NCBI GenBank assembly: GCA_951406725.2
Contig: OX597822.1
Coordinates: 118,730,001-118,794,000, forward strand
Source: Octopus vulgaris
Lineage: Eukaryota
Direction: 5' to 3'
DNA length: 64,000 nt
Shown: piece by piece, positions 51,077 through 64,000 of the stretch
Position numbering within the stretch: the stretch's first letter is position 1
How the letters are laid out: each line of letters starts with the position of its first letter
Notes under the pieces: model-generated
The model's input: the letters and a program-made list of their open reading frames with translations, nothing else
What the model was told of the DNA's origin: nothing
Database searches by the model: none
Made by a program: the position numbers and the translations under genes

Positions 51077-51180
51077 TAACAACACGTGTTTCGTGGCTAT
51101 ATTTAAGAAATGATTATAGTAAAAAAATTAATAGTAGTAGTAAAATTACTTCGATATAAATATAGCCACTCATCAGGTTA
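51077..51180 (-). ncRNA. Type I hammerhead ribozyme motif with long stem II
   Basis: Minus strand: UAAC-CUGAUGA-GUGGCUAUAUUUA(AU-rich loop)UAAAUAUAGCCAC-GAAA-CACGU-GUU-GUUA. Stem II is a 13-bp perfect helix and stem III is the palindrome AACACGUGUU. Confidence 0.75.
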
Positions 51181-52115
51181 AAAATAAGCTAGAATAATTA
51201 AAAAATTAATTAATAAATATATACAAAAAAAGTATTTTAAAATATAAATATATTCTTTAAAATATATATATATATATAAAAGATACTAAATATACATTAA
51301 GTGAAAACTAATAACTATACTTAAATTATACAATACTTTAAAATTTATTAATATACACAATGCTAGTACAAGCTATTAATAATATAATCAAAATAAGAAA
51401 TGGTTCAAATATAGACAAACTCATTAAATAAGCTAACTATATTATTAATATATATTAAATAAGCTAACTATATCATCATCATCATCATCATATATTAATA
51501 TATATATATAGAATATATATATATATATTCTATATATATATATATATACATATACAGGGTGTGGTGAATAAACTGTAATCTAAATTACACAAGAATTGAA
51601 AATAACCCTGACATCTCATTTTAACAGATATATTTACCAAAATTACATAAAAATATCTGAAAATATCAAAGAGTAAATTTATTCAATAAAATTGAAGCCT
51701 GGTGCAGCCTTCTGGCTTCCCAGACCCCAGTCGAACTGTTCAACCCATGCCAGCATGAAAACTGGAGGTTATATGATGATGATGATGATGATTACATCTG
51801 ATCGACTCTCAGAACTGCTTCTTTTCCTCATTATCCTTACCCACCCTCTCAACTCGTAACTTCCTGCCTCTGCCTTCAGCCATTGCTCTCCTCCACCTCT
51901 GCTATCCTCCACTCTAAACATCTCCCTTATCTGCTAGCCTTCTCAATTCCATCCCATATCTAACATCATGATCCAGCTTCCTACTATGGACCCTAATGTT
52001 CCTGATATCTTCTCTACTTTTCCTACATTTTGTACATACTTTCTGATCTATTCTTTTTTTTTTTGTGATTTGAGGAAAATTTGGTTGCATAATTGTGCTA
52101 AGTTTCCCACAGTGG

Positions 52116-55100
52116 AATGTTAAGGCTCTGTGTTTGTGTATATGGTACCATGGTACAATGTTAAGGTACTCTATGAACAAAATGTTTGTGTATATGGTAC
52201 CATATTACAATGTTAAGGTACTGTATGGACAAAATGTTTGTGTATATGGTACTATGGTACAATGTTAAGGTACTGTATGGACAAAATGTTTCTGTATATG
52301 GTACTATGGTACAATGTTAAGGTACTGTATGGACAAAATGTTTGTGTATATGGTACCATAGTACAATGTTAAGGTACCGTATGGACAAAATGTTTGTGTA
52401 TATGGTACCATAGTACAATGTTAAGGTACTGTATGCACAAAATGTTTGTGTATATGGTACCATAGTACAATGTTAAGGTACTGTATGGACAAAATGTTTG
52501 TGTATATGGTACCATAGTACAATGTTAAGGTACTGTATGGACAAAATGTTTGTGTATATGGTACCATAGTACAATGTTAAGGTACTGTGTGGGCAAAATG
52601 TTTGTGTATATGGTGCCATAGTACAATGTTAAGGTACTGTATGGACAAAATGTTTGTGTATATGGTACCATAGTACAATGTTAAGGTACTGTATGGACAA
52701 AATGTTTGTGTATATGGTACCATAGTACAATGTTAAGGTACTGTGTGGCAAAATGTTCGTGTATATGGTACCATAGTACAATGTTAAGGTACTGTATGGA
52801 CAAAATGTTTGTGTATATGGTACAATTTTAAGGTACTTTATGGATAAAATGTTTGTGTATATTGTACTATGGTACAATGTTAAGGTACTGTGTGGGCAAA
52901 ATGTTTGTGTATATGGTACTATGGTACAATGTTAAGGTACTGTGTGGACAAAATGTTTGTGTATATGGTATTATAATACAATGTTAAGGTACTGTATGGA
53001 CAAAATGTTTGTGTAATGTGTACCATAGTACAATGGTAAGGTACTGTGTGGACAAAATGTTTGTGTATATGGTACTATGGTACAATGTTAAGGTACCGTA
53101 TGGACAAAATGTATGTGTATATGATATCATAGTACAATGTTAAGGTACCGTATGGAAAATGTTTGTGTATATGGTACCATAGTACAATGTTAAGGTACCA
53201 TATGGACAAAATGTTTGTGTATATGGTATTATGGTATAATGTTAAGGTACTGTGTGGGCAAAATGTTTGTGTATATGGTACTATGGTACAAAGTTAAGGT
53301 ACGGTGTGGAGAAAATGTTTGTGTATATGGTACCATTGTACAATGTTAAGGTACTGTATGGACAAAATGTTTGGGTATATGGTACCATAGTACAATGTTA
53401 AGGTGCTGTGTGGATAAAATGTTTGTGTATATGGTACTATGGTACAATGTTAAGGTACTCAATGGACAAAATGTTTGTGTATATGGTACCATGGTACAAT
53501 GTTAAGGTACTGTATGGACAAAATGTTTGTGTATATGGTACTATGGTACAATGTTAACTTACCGTATGGACAAAATGTTTCTGTATATGGTACCATGGTA
53601 CAATGTTAAGGTACTGTGTGGACAAAATGTTTGTGTATATGGTACCATAATACAATGTTAAGGTACCGTATGGACAAAATGTTTCTTTATGGTACCATAG
53701 TACAATGTTAAGGTACTGTATGGACGAAATGTTTGTGTATATGGTACCATAGTACAATGTTAAGGTACTGTATGGACAAAATTTTTGTGTATATGGTACC
53801 ATAGTACAATGTTAAGGTACTGTGTGGACAAAAGGTTTCTGTATATGGTACTATGTTAAGGTACTGTATGGACAAAATGTTTGTGTATATGGTACCATGG
53901 TACAATGTTAAGGTACCGTATGGACAAAATGTTTGTGTATATGATACCATAGTACAATGTTAAGGTACGGTATGGACAAAATGTTTGTGTATATGGTACC
54001 ATAGTACAATGTTAAGGTACCGTATGGACAAAATGTTTGTGTATATGGTACCAAAGTATAATGTTAAGGTACTGTGTGGACAAAATATTTCTGTATAAGG
54101 TACCATAGTACAATGTAAAGGTACCGTATGGACAAAATGTTTGTGTATATGGTACCATGGTACAATGTTAAGGTACTGTGTGGACAAAATGTTTGTGTAT
54201 ATGCTACCATAGTACAATGTTAAGGTACCGTATGGAGAAAATGTTTGTGTATATGGTACCATTGTACAATGTTAAGGTCCTGTATGGACAAAATGTTTGT
54301 CTATATGGTACCATAGTACAATGTTAAGGTACTGTATGGACAAAATGTTTGTGTATATGGTACCATAGTACAATGTTAAGGTATTGTGTGGACAAAATGT
54401 TTGTATATATGATACTATGTTAAGGTACTGTATGGACAAAATGTCTGTGTATATGGTACCATGGTACAAAGTTGAGGTACCGTATGGACAAATGTTTGTG
54501 TATATGATACCATTGTACAATGTTAAGGTACCGTATGGACAAAATGTTTGTGTATATGGTACCATGTTAAGGTACCGTATGGACAAACTGTTTCTGTATA
54601 TGGTACTATGGTATAATGTTAAGGTACTGTGTGGGCAAAATGTTTGTGTATATGGTACTATGGTACAATGTTAATGTACGGTGTGGACAAAATGTTTGTG
54701 TATATGGTACCATTTACAATGTTAAGGTACTGTATGGACAAAATATTTGTGTATATGGTACCATGGTACAATGTTAAGGTACCGTATGGACAAAATGTTT
54801 TTGTATATGGTACCATAGTACAATGTCAAGGTACTGTGTTTGCAAAATGTTTGTGTATATGGTACCATAGTACAATGTTAAGGTACCGTATGGACAAAAC
54901 GTTTCTGTATATGGTACATAAGTACAATGTTAAAGTACTGTGTGGACAAAATATTTGTGTATATGGTACCATAGTACAAAGTTAAGGTACCGTATGGACA
55001 AAATGTTTGTGTATATGGTACCATGGTACAATGTTAATGTACTGTGTGGACAAAATGTTTGTGTTTATGGTACTATGGTACAATGTTGAGGTACTGTATG

Positions 55101-58100
55101 GAGAAAATGTTTGTGTATATGGTACCATGGTACAATTTTAAGGTACTGTATGGACAAAATGTCTGTGTATATGGTACCATGGTACAATGTTAAGGTACTG
55201 TATGGATAAAATGTTCGTGTATATGGTACTATAGTACAATGTTAAGGTACTGTGTGGAGAAAATGTTTGTGTATATGCTACTATGGTACAATGTTAAGGT
55301 ACTGTATGGACAAAATGTTTGTGTATATGGTACTATGGTACAATGTTCAGGTACTGTATGGACAAAATGTTTGTGTATATGGTACCATAGTACAATGTTA
55401 ATGTACTGTATGGACAAAATATTTCTGTATATGGTACCATAATACAATGTTAAGGTACCGTATGGACAAAATGTTTGTGTATATGGTACCATGGTACAAT
55501 ATTCAGATACTGTGTGGACAAAATGTTTGCGTATATGTGACTATGGTACAATGTTAAGGTACTGTATGGACAAAATGTTTGTGTATATAGTTCCATAAGT
55601 ACAATGTTAAGGTACTGTGTGGACGAAATGTTTGTGTATATGGTACTATGTTAAGGTACTGTATGGACAAAATGTCTGTGTATATGGTACCATGGTACAA
55701 AGTTGTGGTACCGTATGGACAAATGTTTGTGTATATGATACCATTGTACAATGTTAAGGTACCGTATGGACAAAATGTTTGTGTATATGGTACCATGTTA
55801 AGGTACCGTATGGACAAAATGTTTGTGTATATGGTACTATGGTATAATGTTAAGGTACTGTGTGGGCAAAATGTTTGTGCATATGGTACTATGGTACAAT
55901 GTTAATGTACGGTGTGGACAAAATGTTTGTGTATATGGTACCATTTACAATGTTAAGGTACTGTATGGACAAAATATTTGTGTATATGGTACCATGGTAC
56001 AATGTTAAGGTACCGTATGGACAAAATGTTTTTGTATATGGTACCATAGTACAATGTTAAGGTACTGTGTGGACAAAATGTTTGTGTATATGGTACCATA
56101 GTACAATGTTAAGGTACCGTATGGACAAAACGTTTCTGTATATGGTACCAAAGTACAATGTTAAAGTACTGTGTGGACAAAATATTTGTGTATATGGTAC
56201 CACAGTACAAAGTTAAGGTACCGTATGGACAAAATGTTTGTGTATATGGTACCATGGTACAATGTTAATGTACTGTGTGGACAAAATGTTTGTGTTTATG
56301 GTACTATGGTACAATGTTGAGGTACTGTATGGAGAAAATGTTTCTGTATATGGTACCATGGTACAATTTTAAGGTACTGTATGGACAAAATGTCTGTGTA
56401 TATGGTACCATGTTACAATGTTAAGGTACTGTATGGATAAAATGTTTGTGTATATGGTACTATAGTACAATGTTAAGGTACTGTGTGGAGAAAATGTTTG
56501 TGTATATGCTACTATGGTACAAAATAAGGTACTGTATGGACAAAATGTTTGTGTATATGGTACTATGGTACAATGTTCAGGTACTGTATGGACAAAATGT
56601 TTGTGTATATGGTACCATAGTACAATGTTAATGTACTGTATGGACAAAATATTTCTGTATATGGTACCATAGTACAATGTTAATGTACCGTATGGACAAA
56701 ATGTTTGTGTACATGGTACCAAAGTACAATGTTAAGGTACTTTGTGGACAAAATATTTGTGTATATGGTACCATGGTACGATATTCAGATACTGTGTGGA
56801 CAAAATGTTTGTGTATATGTGACTATGGTACAATGTTAAGGTACTGTATGGACAAAATGTTTGTGTATATAGTTCCATAAGTACAATGTTAAGGTACTGT
56901 GAGGACAAAATGTTTGTTCATATGGTACTATGGTACAATTTTAAGGTACTGTGTGGACAAAATGTTTGTGTATATGGTACTATGTTAAGGTACTGTTTGG
57001 ACAAAATGTTTGTGTATATGGTACCATAGTACAATGTTAAGGTACTGTATGGACAAAATGTTTGTGTATATGGTACCATAGTACAATGTTAAGGTACTGT
57101 GTGGACAAAATGTTTGTGTATATCGTACTATGGTACAATGTTAAGGTACTGTATGGACAAAATGTTTGTATATGGTACCATGGTACAATTTTAAGGTACT
57201 GTATGGACAAAATGTTTGTGTACATGGTACTATGGTACAATGTTAAGGTACTGTATGGATAAAATGTTTGTGTATATGGTACTATGGTACAATGTTAAGG
57301 TACTGTGTGGGCAAAATGTTTGTGTATATGGTACTATGGTACAAAGTTAAGGTACTGTGTGGGCAAAATGTTTGTGTATATGGTACCATAACACAATGTT
57401 AAGGTACTGTATGGACAAAATGTTTGTGTTATGTGTACCATAGTACAATGTTAAGGTACTGTGTGGACAAAATGTTTGTGTATATGGTACTATGGTACAA
57501 TGTTAAGGTACCGTATGGACAAAATGTTTGTGTATATGGTATTATGGTATAATGTTAAGGTACTGTGTGGGCAAAATGTTTGTGTATATGGTGCTATGGT
57601 ACGATGTTAAGGTACGGTGTGGAGAAAATGTTTGTGTATATGGTACCATAGTACAATGTTAAGGTACTATGTGGGCAAAATGTTTGTGTGTATGTTGCTA
57701 TGGTAAGGTACTGTGTGGACAAAATGTTTGTGTATATGGTACCATAGTACAATGTTAAGGTACTGTATGGACTAAATATTTGTGTATATGGTACCATAGT
57801 ACAATGTTAAGGTACTGTGTGGACAAAATATTTGTGTATATGGTACCATAGTACAATGTTAAGGTACCGTATGGACAAAATGCTTGTGAATATGGTACCA
57901 TGGTACAATGTTAAGGTACTGTGTGGACAAAATGTTTGTGTATATGGTATCATAGTACAATGTTAAGGTACGTATGGACAAAATGTTTGTGTATATGGTA
58001 CCATAGTACAATGTTAAGGTACTGTATGGACAAAATGTTTGTGTATATGGTACCATAGTACAATGTTAAGGTACTGTATGGACAAAATGTTTGTGTATAT

Positions 58101-61100
58101 TGTACCATAGTACAATGTTAAGGTACTGTGTGGACAAAATGTTTGTGTATATGGTACTATGTTTAGGTACCGTATGGACAAAATGTTTGTGTATATGGTA
58201 CCATGGTACAATGTTAAGGTACCGTATGGACAAAATGTTTGTATATATGATACCATAGTACAATGTAAAGGTACCGTATGGACAAAATGTTTGTGTATAT
58301 TGTACCATAGTTGAATGTTAAGGTACCATATGGGCAAAATGTTTGTGTATATGGTTCTATGGTATAATGTTAAGGTACTGTGTGGGCAAAATGTTTGTGT
58401 ATATGGTACTATGGTACAATGTTAATGTACGGTGTGGACAAAATGTTTGTGTATATGGTACCATAGTACAATGTTAAGGTACTGTATCGATAAAATTTGT
58501 GTATATAGTACCATAGTACAATGTTAAGGTACTGTGTGGGCAAAATGTTTGTGTATATGGTACTATGGTACAATGTTAAGGTACTGTGTGGACAAAATGT
58601 TTGTGTATATGGTACCATAGTACAATGTTAAGGTACTGTATGGACAAAATATTTGTTTATATGGTACCATGGTACAATGTTAAGATACTGTATAGACAAA
58701 ATGTTTGTGTATATGGTACCATAGTACAATGTTAAGGTACTGTGTTGGCAAAATGTTTGTGTATATGGTACCATAGTACAATGTTAAGGTACCGTATGGA
58801 CAAAATGTTTCTGTATATGGTACCAAAGTACAATATTAAGGTACTGTGTGGACAAAATATTTGTGTATATGTTACCATAGTACAATGTTAAGGTACCGTA
58901 TGGACAAAATGTTTTTGTGTATATGGTACCATGGTACAATGTTAATGTACTGTGTGGACAAAACATTTGTGTATATGGTACAATGGTACAATGTTAAGGT
59001 ACTGTATGGAGAAAATGTTTGTGTATATGGTACCAAGGTACAATTTTAAGGTACTGTATGTATAAAATGTTTGTGTATATGGTACTATGGTACAATGTTA
59101 AGGTACTGTATGGACAAAATATTTGTGTATATGCTACTATGGTACAATGTTTAGGTACTGTATGGACAAAATGTTTGTGTATATGGTACCATAGTACAAT
59201 GTTAATGTACTGTATGGAAAAAATATTTCTGTATATGGTACTATAGTACAATGTTAAGGTACCGTATGGACAAAATGTTTGTGTATATGGTACCAAAGTA
59301 CAATGTTAAGGTACTGTGTGGACAAAATATTTGTGTATATGGTACCAGGGTACAATGTTCAGATACTGTGTGGACAAAATGTTTGTGTATATGGGACTAT
59401 GGTACAATGTTAAGGTACTGTATGGACAAAATGTTTGTGTATATAGTACCATAAGTACAATGTTAAGGTACTGTGTGGACGAAATGTTTGTGTATATGGT
59501 ACCATAGTACAATGTTAAGGTACTGTGAGGACAAAATGTTTGTTCATATGGTACTATGGTACAATGTTAAGGTACTGTGTGGACAAAATGTTTGTGTATA
59601 TGGTACTATGTTAAGGTACTGTTTGGAAAAATGTTTGTGTATATGGTACTATGGTACAATGTTAAGGTACTGTATGGACAAAATGTTTTTGTATATGGTA
59701 CCATGGTACAATTTTAAGGTACTGTATGGACAAAATGTTTGTGTATATGGTACTATGGTACAATGTTAATGTACGGTGTGGACAAAATGGTTGTGTATAT
59801 GGTACTATGTTTAGGTACTGTATGGACAAAATGTTTGTGTATATGGTACCATGGTACAATGTTAAGGTACCGTATGGACAAAATGTTTGTGTATATGATA
59901 CCATAGTACAATGTAAAGGTACCGTATGGACAAAATGTTTGTGTATATTGTACCATAGTTGAATGTTAAGGTACCATATGGGCAAAATGTTTGTGTATAT
60001 GGTTCTATGGTATAATGTTAAGGTACTGTGTGGGCAAAATGTTTGTGTATATGGTACTATGGTACAATGTTAATGTACGGTGTGGACAAAATGTTTGTGT
60101 ATATGGTACCATAGTACAATGTTAAGGTACTGTATCGATAAAATTTGTGTATATAGTACCATAGTACAATGTTAAGGTACTGTGTGGGCAAAATGTTTGT
60201 GTATATGGTACTATGGTACAATGTTAAGGTACTGTGTGGACAAAATGTTTGTGTATATGGTACCATAGTACAATGTTAAGGTACTGTATGGACAAAATAT
60301 TTGTTTATATGGTACCATGGTACAATGTTAAGATACTGTATAGACAAAATGTTTGTGTATATGGTACCATAGTACAATGTTAAGGTACTGTGTTGGCAAA
60401 ATGTTTGTGTATATGGTACCATAGTACAATGTTAAGGTACCGTATGGACAAAATGTTTCTGTATATGGTACCAAAGTACAATATTAAGGTACTGTGTGGA
60501 CAAAATATTTGTGTATATGTTACCATAGTACAATGTTAAGGTACCGTATGGACAAAATGTTTTTGTGTATATGGTACCATGGTACAATGTTAATGTACTG
60601 TGTGGACAAAACATTTGTGTATATGGTACAATGGTACAATGTTAAGGTACTGTATGGAGAAAATGTTTGTGTATATGGTACCAAGGTACAATTTTAAGGT
60701 ACTGTATGTATAAAATGTTTGTGTATATGGTACTATGGTACAATGTTAAGGTACTGTATGGACAAAATATTTGTGTATATGCTACTATGGTACAATGTTT
60801 AGGTACTGTATGGACAAAATGTTTGTGTATATGGTACCATAGTACAATGTTAATGTACTGTATGGACAAAATATTTCTGTATATGGTACCATAGTACAAT
60901 GTTAAGGTACCGTATGGACAAAATGTTTGTGTACATGGTACCAAAGTACAATGTTAAGGTACTGTGTGGACAAAATATTTGTGTATATGGTACCAGGGTA
61001 CAATGTTCAGATACTGTGTGGACAAAATGTTTGTGTATATGGGACTATGGTACAATGTTAAGGTACTGTATGGACAAAATGTTTGTGTATATAGTACCAT

Positions 61101-63767
61101 AAGTACAATGTTAAGGTACTGTGTGGACGAAATGTTTGTGTATATGGTACCATAGTACAATGTTAAGGTACTGTGAGGACAAAATGTTTGTTCATATGGT
61201 ACTATGGTACAATGTTAAGGTACTGTGTGGACAAAATGTTTGTGTATATGGTACTATGTTAAGGTACTGTTTGGAAAAATGTTTGTGTATATGGTACTAT
61301 GGTACAATGTTAAGGTACTGTATGGACAAAATGTTTTTGTATATGGTACCATGGTACAATTTTAAGGTACTGTATGGACAAAATGTTTGTGTATATGGTA
61401 CTATGGTACAATGTTAATGTACGGTGTGGACAAAATGGTTGTGTATATGGTACCATAGTACAATGTTAAGGTACTGTATGGATAAAATTTGTGTATATGG
61501 TACCTTAGTACAATGTTAAGGTATTGTATGGACAAAATATTTGTGTATATGGTACTATGGTACAATGTTAAGGTACTGTATGGACAAAATGTTTGTGTAT
61601 ATGGTACCATAGTTCAATGTTAAGGTACTGTGTTGGCAAAATGTTTGTGTATATGGTACCATAGTACAATGTTAAGGTACCGTATGGACAAAATGTTTGT
61701 GTATATGGTCCCATAGTACAATGTTAAGGTACTGTGTTAACAAAATGTTTGTGTATATGGTACCATAGTACAATGTTAAGGTACCGTATGGTCAAAATGT
61801 TTCTGTATATGGTACCAAAGTACAGTGTTAAGGTACTGTGTGGACAAAATATTTGTGTATATGGTACCATAGTACAATGTTAAGGTACCGTATGGACAAA
61901 ATGTTTGTGTATATGGTACCATGGTACAATGTTAATGTACTGTGTGGACAAAATGTTTGTGTATATGGTACTATGGTACAATGTTAAGGTACTGTATGGA
62001 CAAGATGTTTGTGTATATGGTACTATGGTACAATATTTAGGTACTGTATGGACAAATTGTTTGTGTATATGGTACCATAGTACAATGTTAAGGTATTGTG
62101 TGGACAAAATGTTTGTGTATATGGGACTATGGTACAATGTTAAGGTACTGTATGGACAAAATGTTTGTGTATATGGTACCAATGTACAATGTTAAGGTAC
62201 TGTGTGGACAAAATGTTTGTGTATATGGTACTATGGTACAATGTTAAGGTACTGTATGGACAAAATGTTTGTGTATATGGTACCATAGTACAATGTTAAG
62301 GTACTGTATGGACAAAATGTTTGTGTATATGGTACCATAGTACAATGTTAAGGTGCTGTGTGGACAAAATGTTTGTGTATATGGTACTATGGTACAATGT
62401 TAAGGTACTGTGTGGGCAAAATGTTTGTGTATATGGTACTATGGTACAATGTTCAGGTACTGTGTGGACAAAATGTTTGTGTATATGGTACCATAATACA
62501 ATGTTAAGGTACTGTATGGACAAAATGTTTGTGTAATGTGTACCATAGTACAATGTTAAGGTACTGTGTGGACAAAATGTTTGTGTATATGGTACTATGG
62601 TACAATGTTAAGGTACCTTATGGACAAAATGTTTGTGTATATGGTACCATGGTACAATGTTAAGGTATCGTATGGACAAAATGTATGTGTATATGATACC
62701 ATAGTACAATGTTAAGGTACCGTATGGACAAATGTTTGTGTATATGGTACCATAGTACAATGTTAAGGTACCATATGGACAAAATGTTTGTGTATATGGT
62801 ATTATGGTATAATGTTAAGGTACTGTGTGGGCAAAATGTTTGTGTATATGGTACTATGGTACAATGTTAAGGTACGGTGTGGAGAAAATGTTTGTGTATA
62901 TGGTACGATAGTACAATGTTAAGGTACTCTATGGACAAAATGTTTGTGTATATGGTCCCATAGTACAATGTTAAGGTACTGTGTGGACAAAATGTTTGTG
63001 TATATGGTACTATGGTACAATGTTAAGGTACTGTGTGGGCAAAATGTTTGTGTATATGGTACTATGGTACAATTTTAAGGTATTGTATGGACAAAATGTT
63101 TGTGTATATGGTACCATAGTACAATGTTAAGGTACTGTGTGGACAAAATGTTTGTGTATATGGTACTATGGTACAATGTTAATGTACTGTGTGGGCAAAA
63201 TTTTTGTGTATATGGTACCATAGTACAATGTTAAGGTACTGTATGGACAAAATGTTTGTGTATATGGTACCATAGTACAATGTTAAGGTACTGTGTGGAC
63301 AAAATGTTTGTGCATATGGTACTATGGTACAATGTTAAGGTACTGTGTGGGCAAAATGTTTGTGTATATGGTACTATGGTACAATTTTAAGGTATTGTAT
63401 GGACAAAATGTTTGTGTATATGGTACCATAGTACAATGTTAAGGTACTGTGTGGACAAAATGTTTGTGTATATGGTACTATGGTACAATGTTAATGTACT
63501 GTGTGGGCAAAATGTTTGTGTATATGGTACCATAGTACAATGTTAATGTACTGTATGGACAAAATGTTTGTGTATATGGTACCATAGTACAATGTTAAGG
63601 TACTGTGTGGACAAAATATTTGTGTATATGGTACTATGGTACAATGTTAAGGTACTGTGTGGGCAAAATGTTTGTGTATATGGTACTATGGTACAATTTT
63701 AAGGTACTGTGTGGACAAAATGTCTATGTATATGGTACCATGGTACAATGTTAAGGTACTGTGTGGG
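52116..63767. repeat. Intronic 52-bp tandem satellite, ~11.6 kb (~220+ copies) with higher-order repeats
   Basis: Unit TGGTACCATAGTACAATGTTAAGGTACTGTATGGACAAAATGTTTGTGTATA, with occasional ~9-nt deletion variants. Repeated blocks at offsets of ~1231 and 1648 bp. Confidence 0.98.
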
Positions 63768-63809
63768 TGAAATTCTGCTTTATTCACTCCATGTAACCTG
63801 CCTCATAGC

Positions 63810-63841
63810 TTTTTTTTATTTTTTTGAATTTTCAGGTAAGT
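63810..63841 (+). other. Candidate recursive splice site (ratchet point): polypyrimidine-CAG|GTAAGT
   Basis: TTTTTTTTATTTTTTTGAATTTTCAG (AG at 63834-63835) abuts a perfect GTAAGT donor (63836-63841), inside LDHD intron 11. Confidence 0.45.
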
Positions 63842-64000
63842 TTTGTGAATTTGTGTTCTACACATGGGAATTAATACAATTATGGAAAGAAGAGAAAAAA
63901 GATTTTCTTCGGTGATTTTTAGCACATCTCACAACCACCTCATACCATCCTTGTTTGTTTGTCACTCAATTATTGGTGGTTTTTCAATATCTTTCTGCTC

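Noticed and set aside
52116-63767. CRISPR-like array or repetitive protein gene (many ORFs)
   Set aside because: There are no unique spacers, the context is eukaryotic, and no cas genes are present. The 52-bp unit is not a multiple of 3 and is rich in stops, so the ORFs are artefacts.
50646-64000. Final LDHD exon (expected ...GTCTGEHGIG...LDP...MNPGK) or a third exon-11 copy
   Set aside because: Not found by eye in any frame; the last exon presumably lies beyond position 64000.

Overview
AT-rich, repeat-dense eukaryotic genomic DNA. The SINE/LINE families and microsatellite load suggest an Octopus (coleoid cephalopod) genome; this is inference from repeat content. The main gene is a + strand, multi-exon mitochondrial FAD-linked D-lactate/D-2-hydroxyacid dehydrogenase (LDHD). 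Coding exons 1-10 lie at 14669-46580 with consistent GT-AG phases, and the last exon lies beyond the window. The top finding is that the active-site exon (GHVGDGNFH) exists as two 112-nt paralogous copies, 50383-50494 and 50534-50645. They are only 39 nt apart, so they look like obligate mutually exclusive exons that swap predicted substrate-pocket residues. Other finds: three type-I hammerhead ribozyme motifs (two in a ~600-bp fold-back built from a tRNA-headed SINE), a candidate recursive splice site after an 11.6-kb 52-bp satellite with higher-order repeats, a scrambled exon 6/7 duplication relic, and a five-fold CRE+CCAAT promoter module with invariant spacing. Also present are exon 1 of a divergent PDCD6/ALG-2 gene and many mobile elements (RTE, CR1, maT, Helitron, MITEs, SINEs). 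Most ORFs in the supplied track are repeat artefacts.
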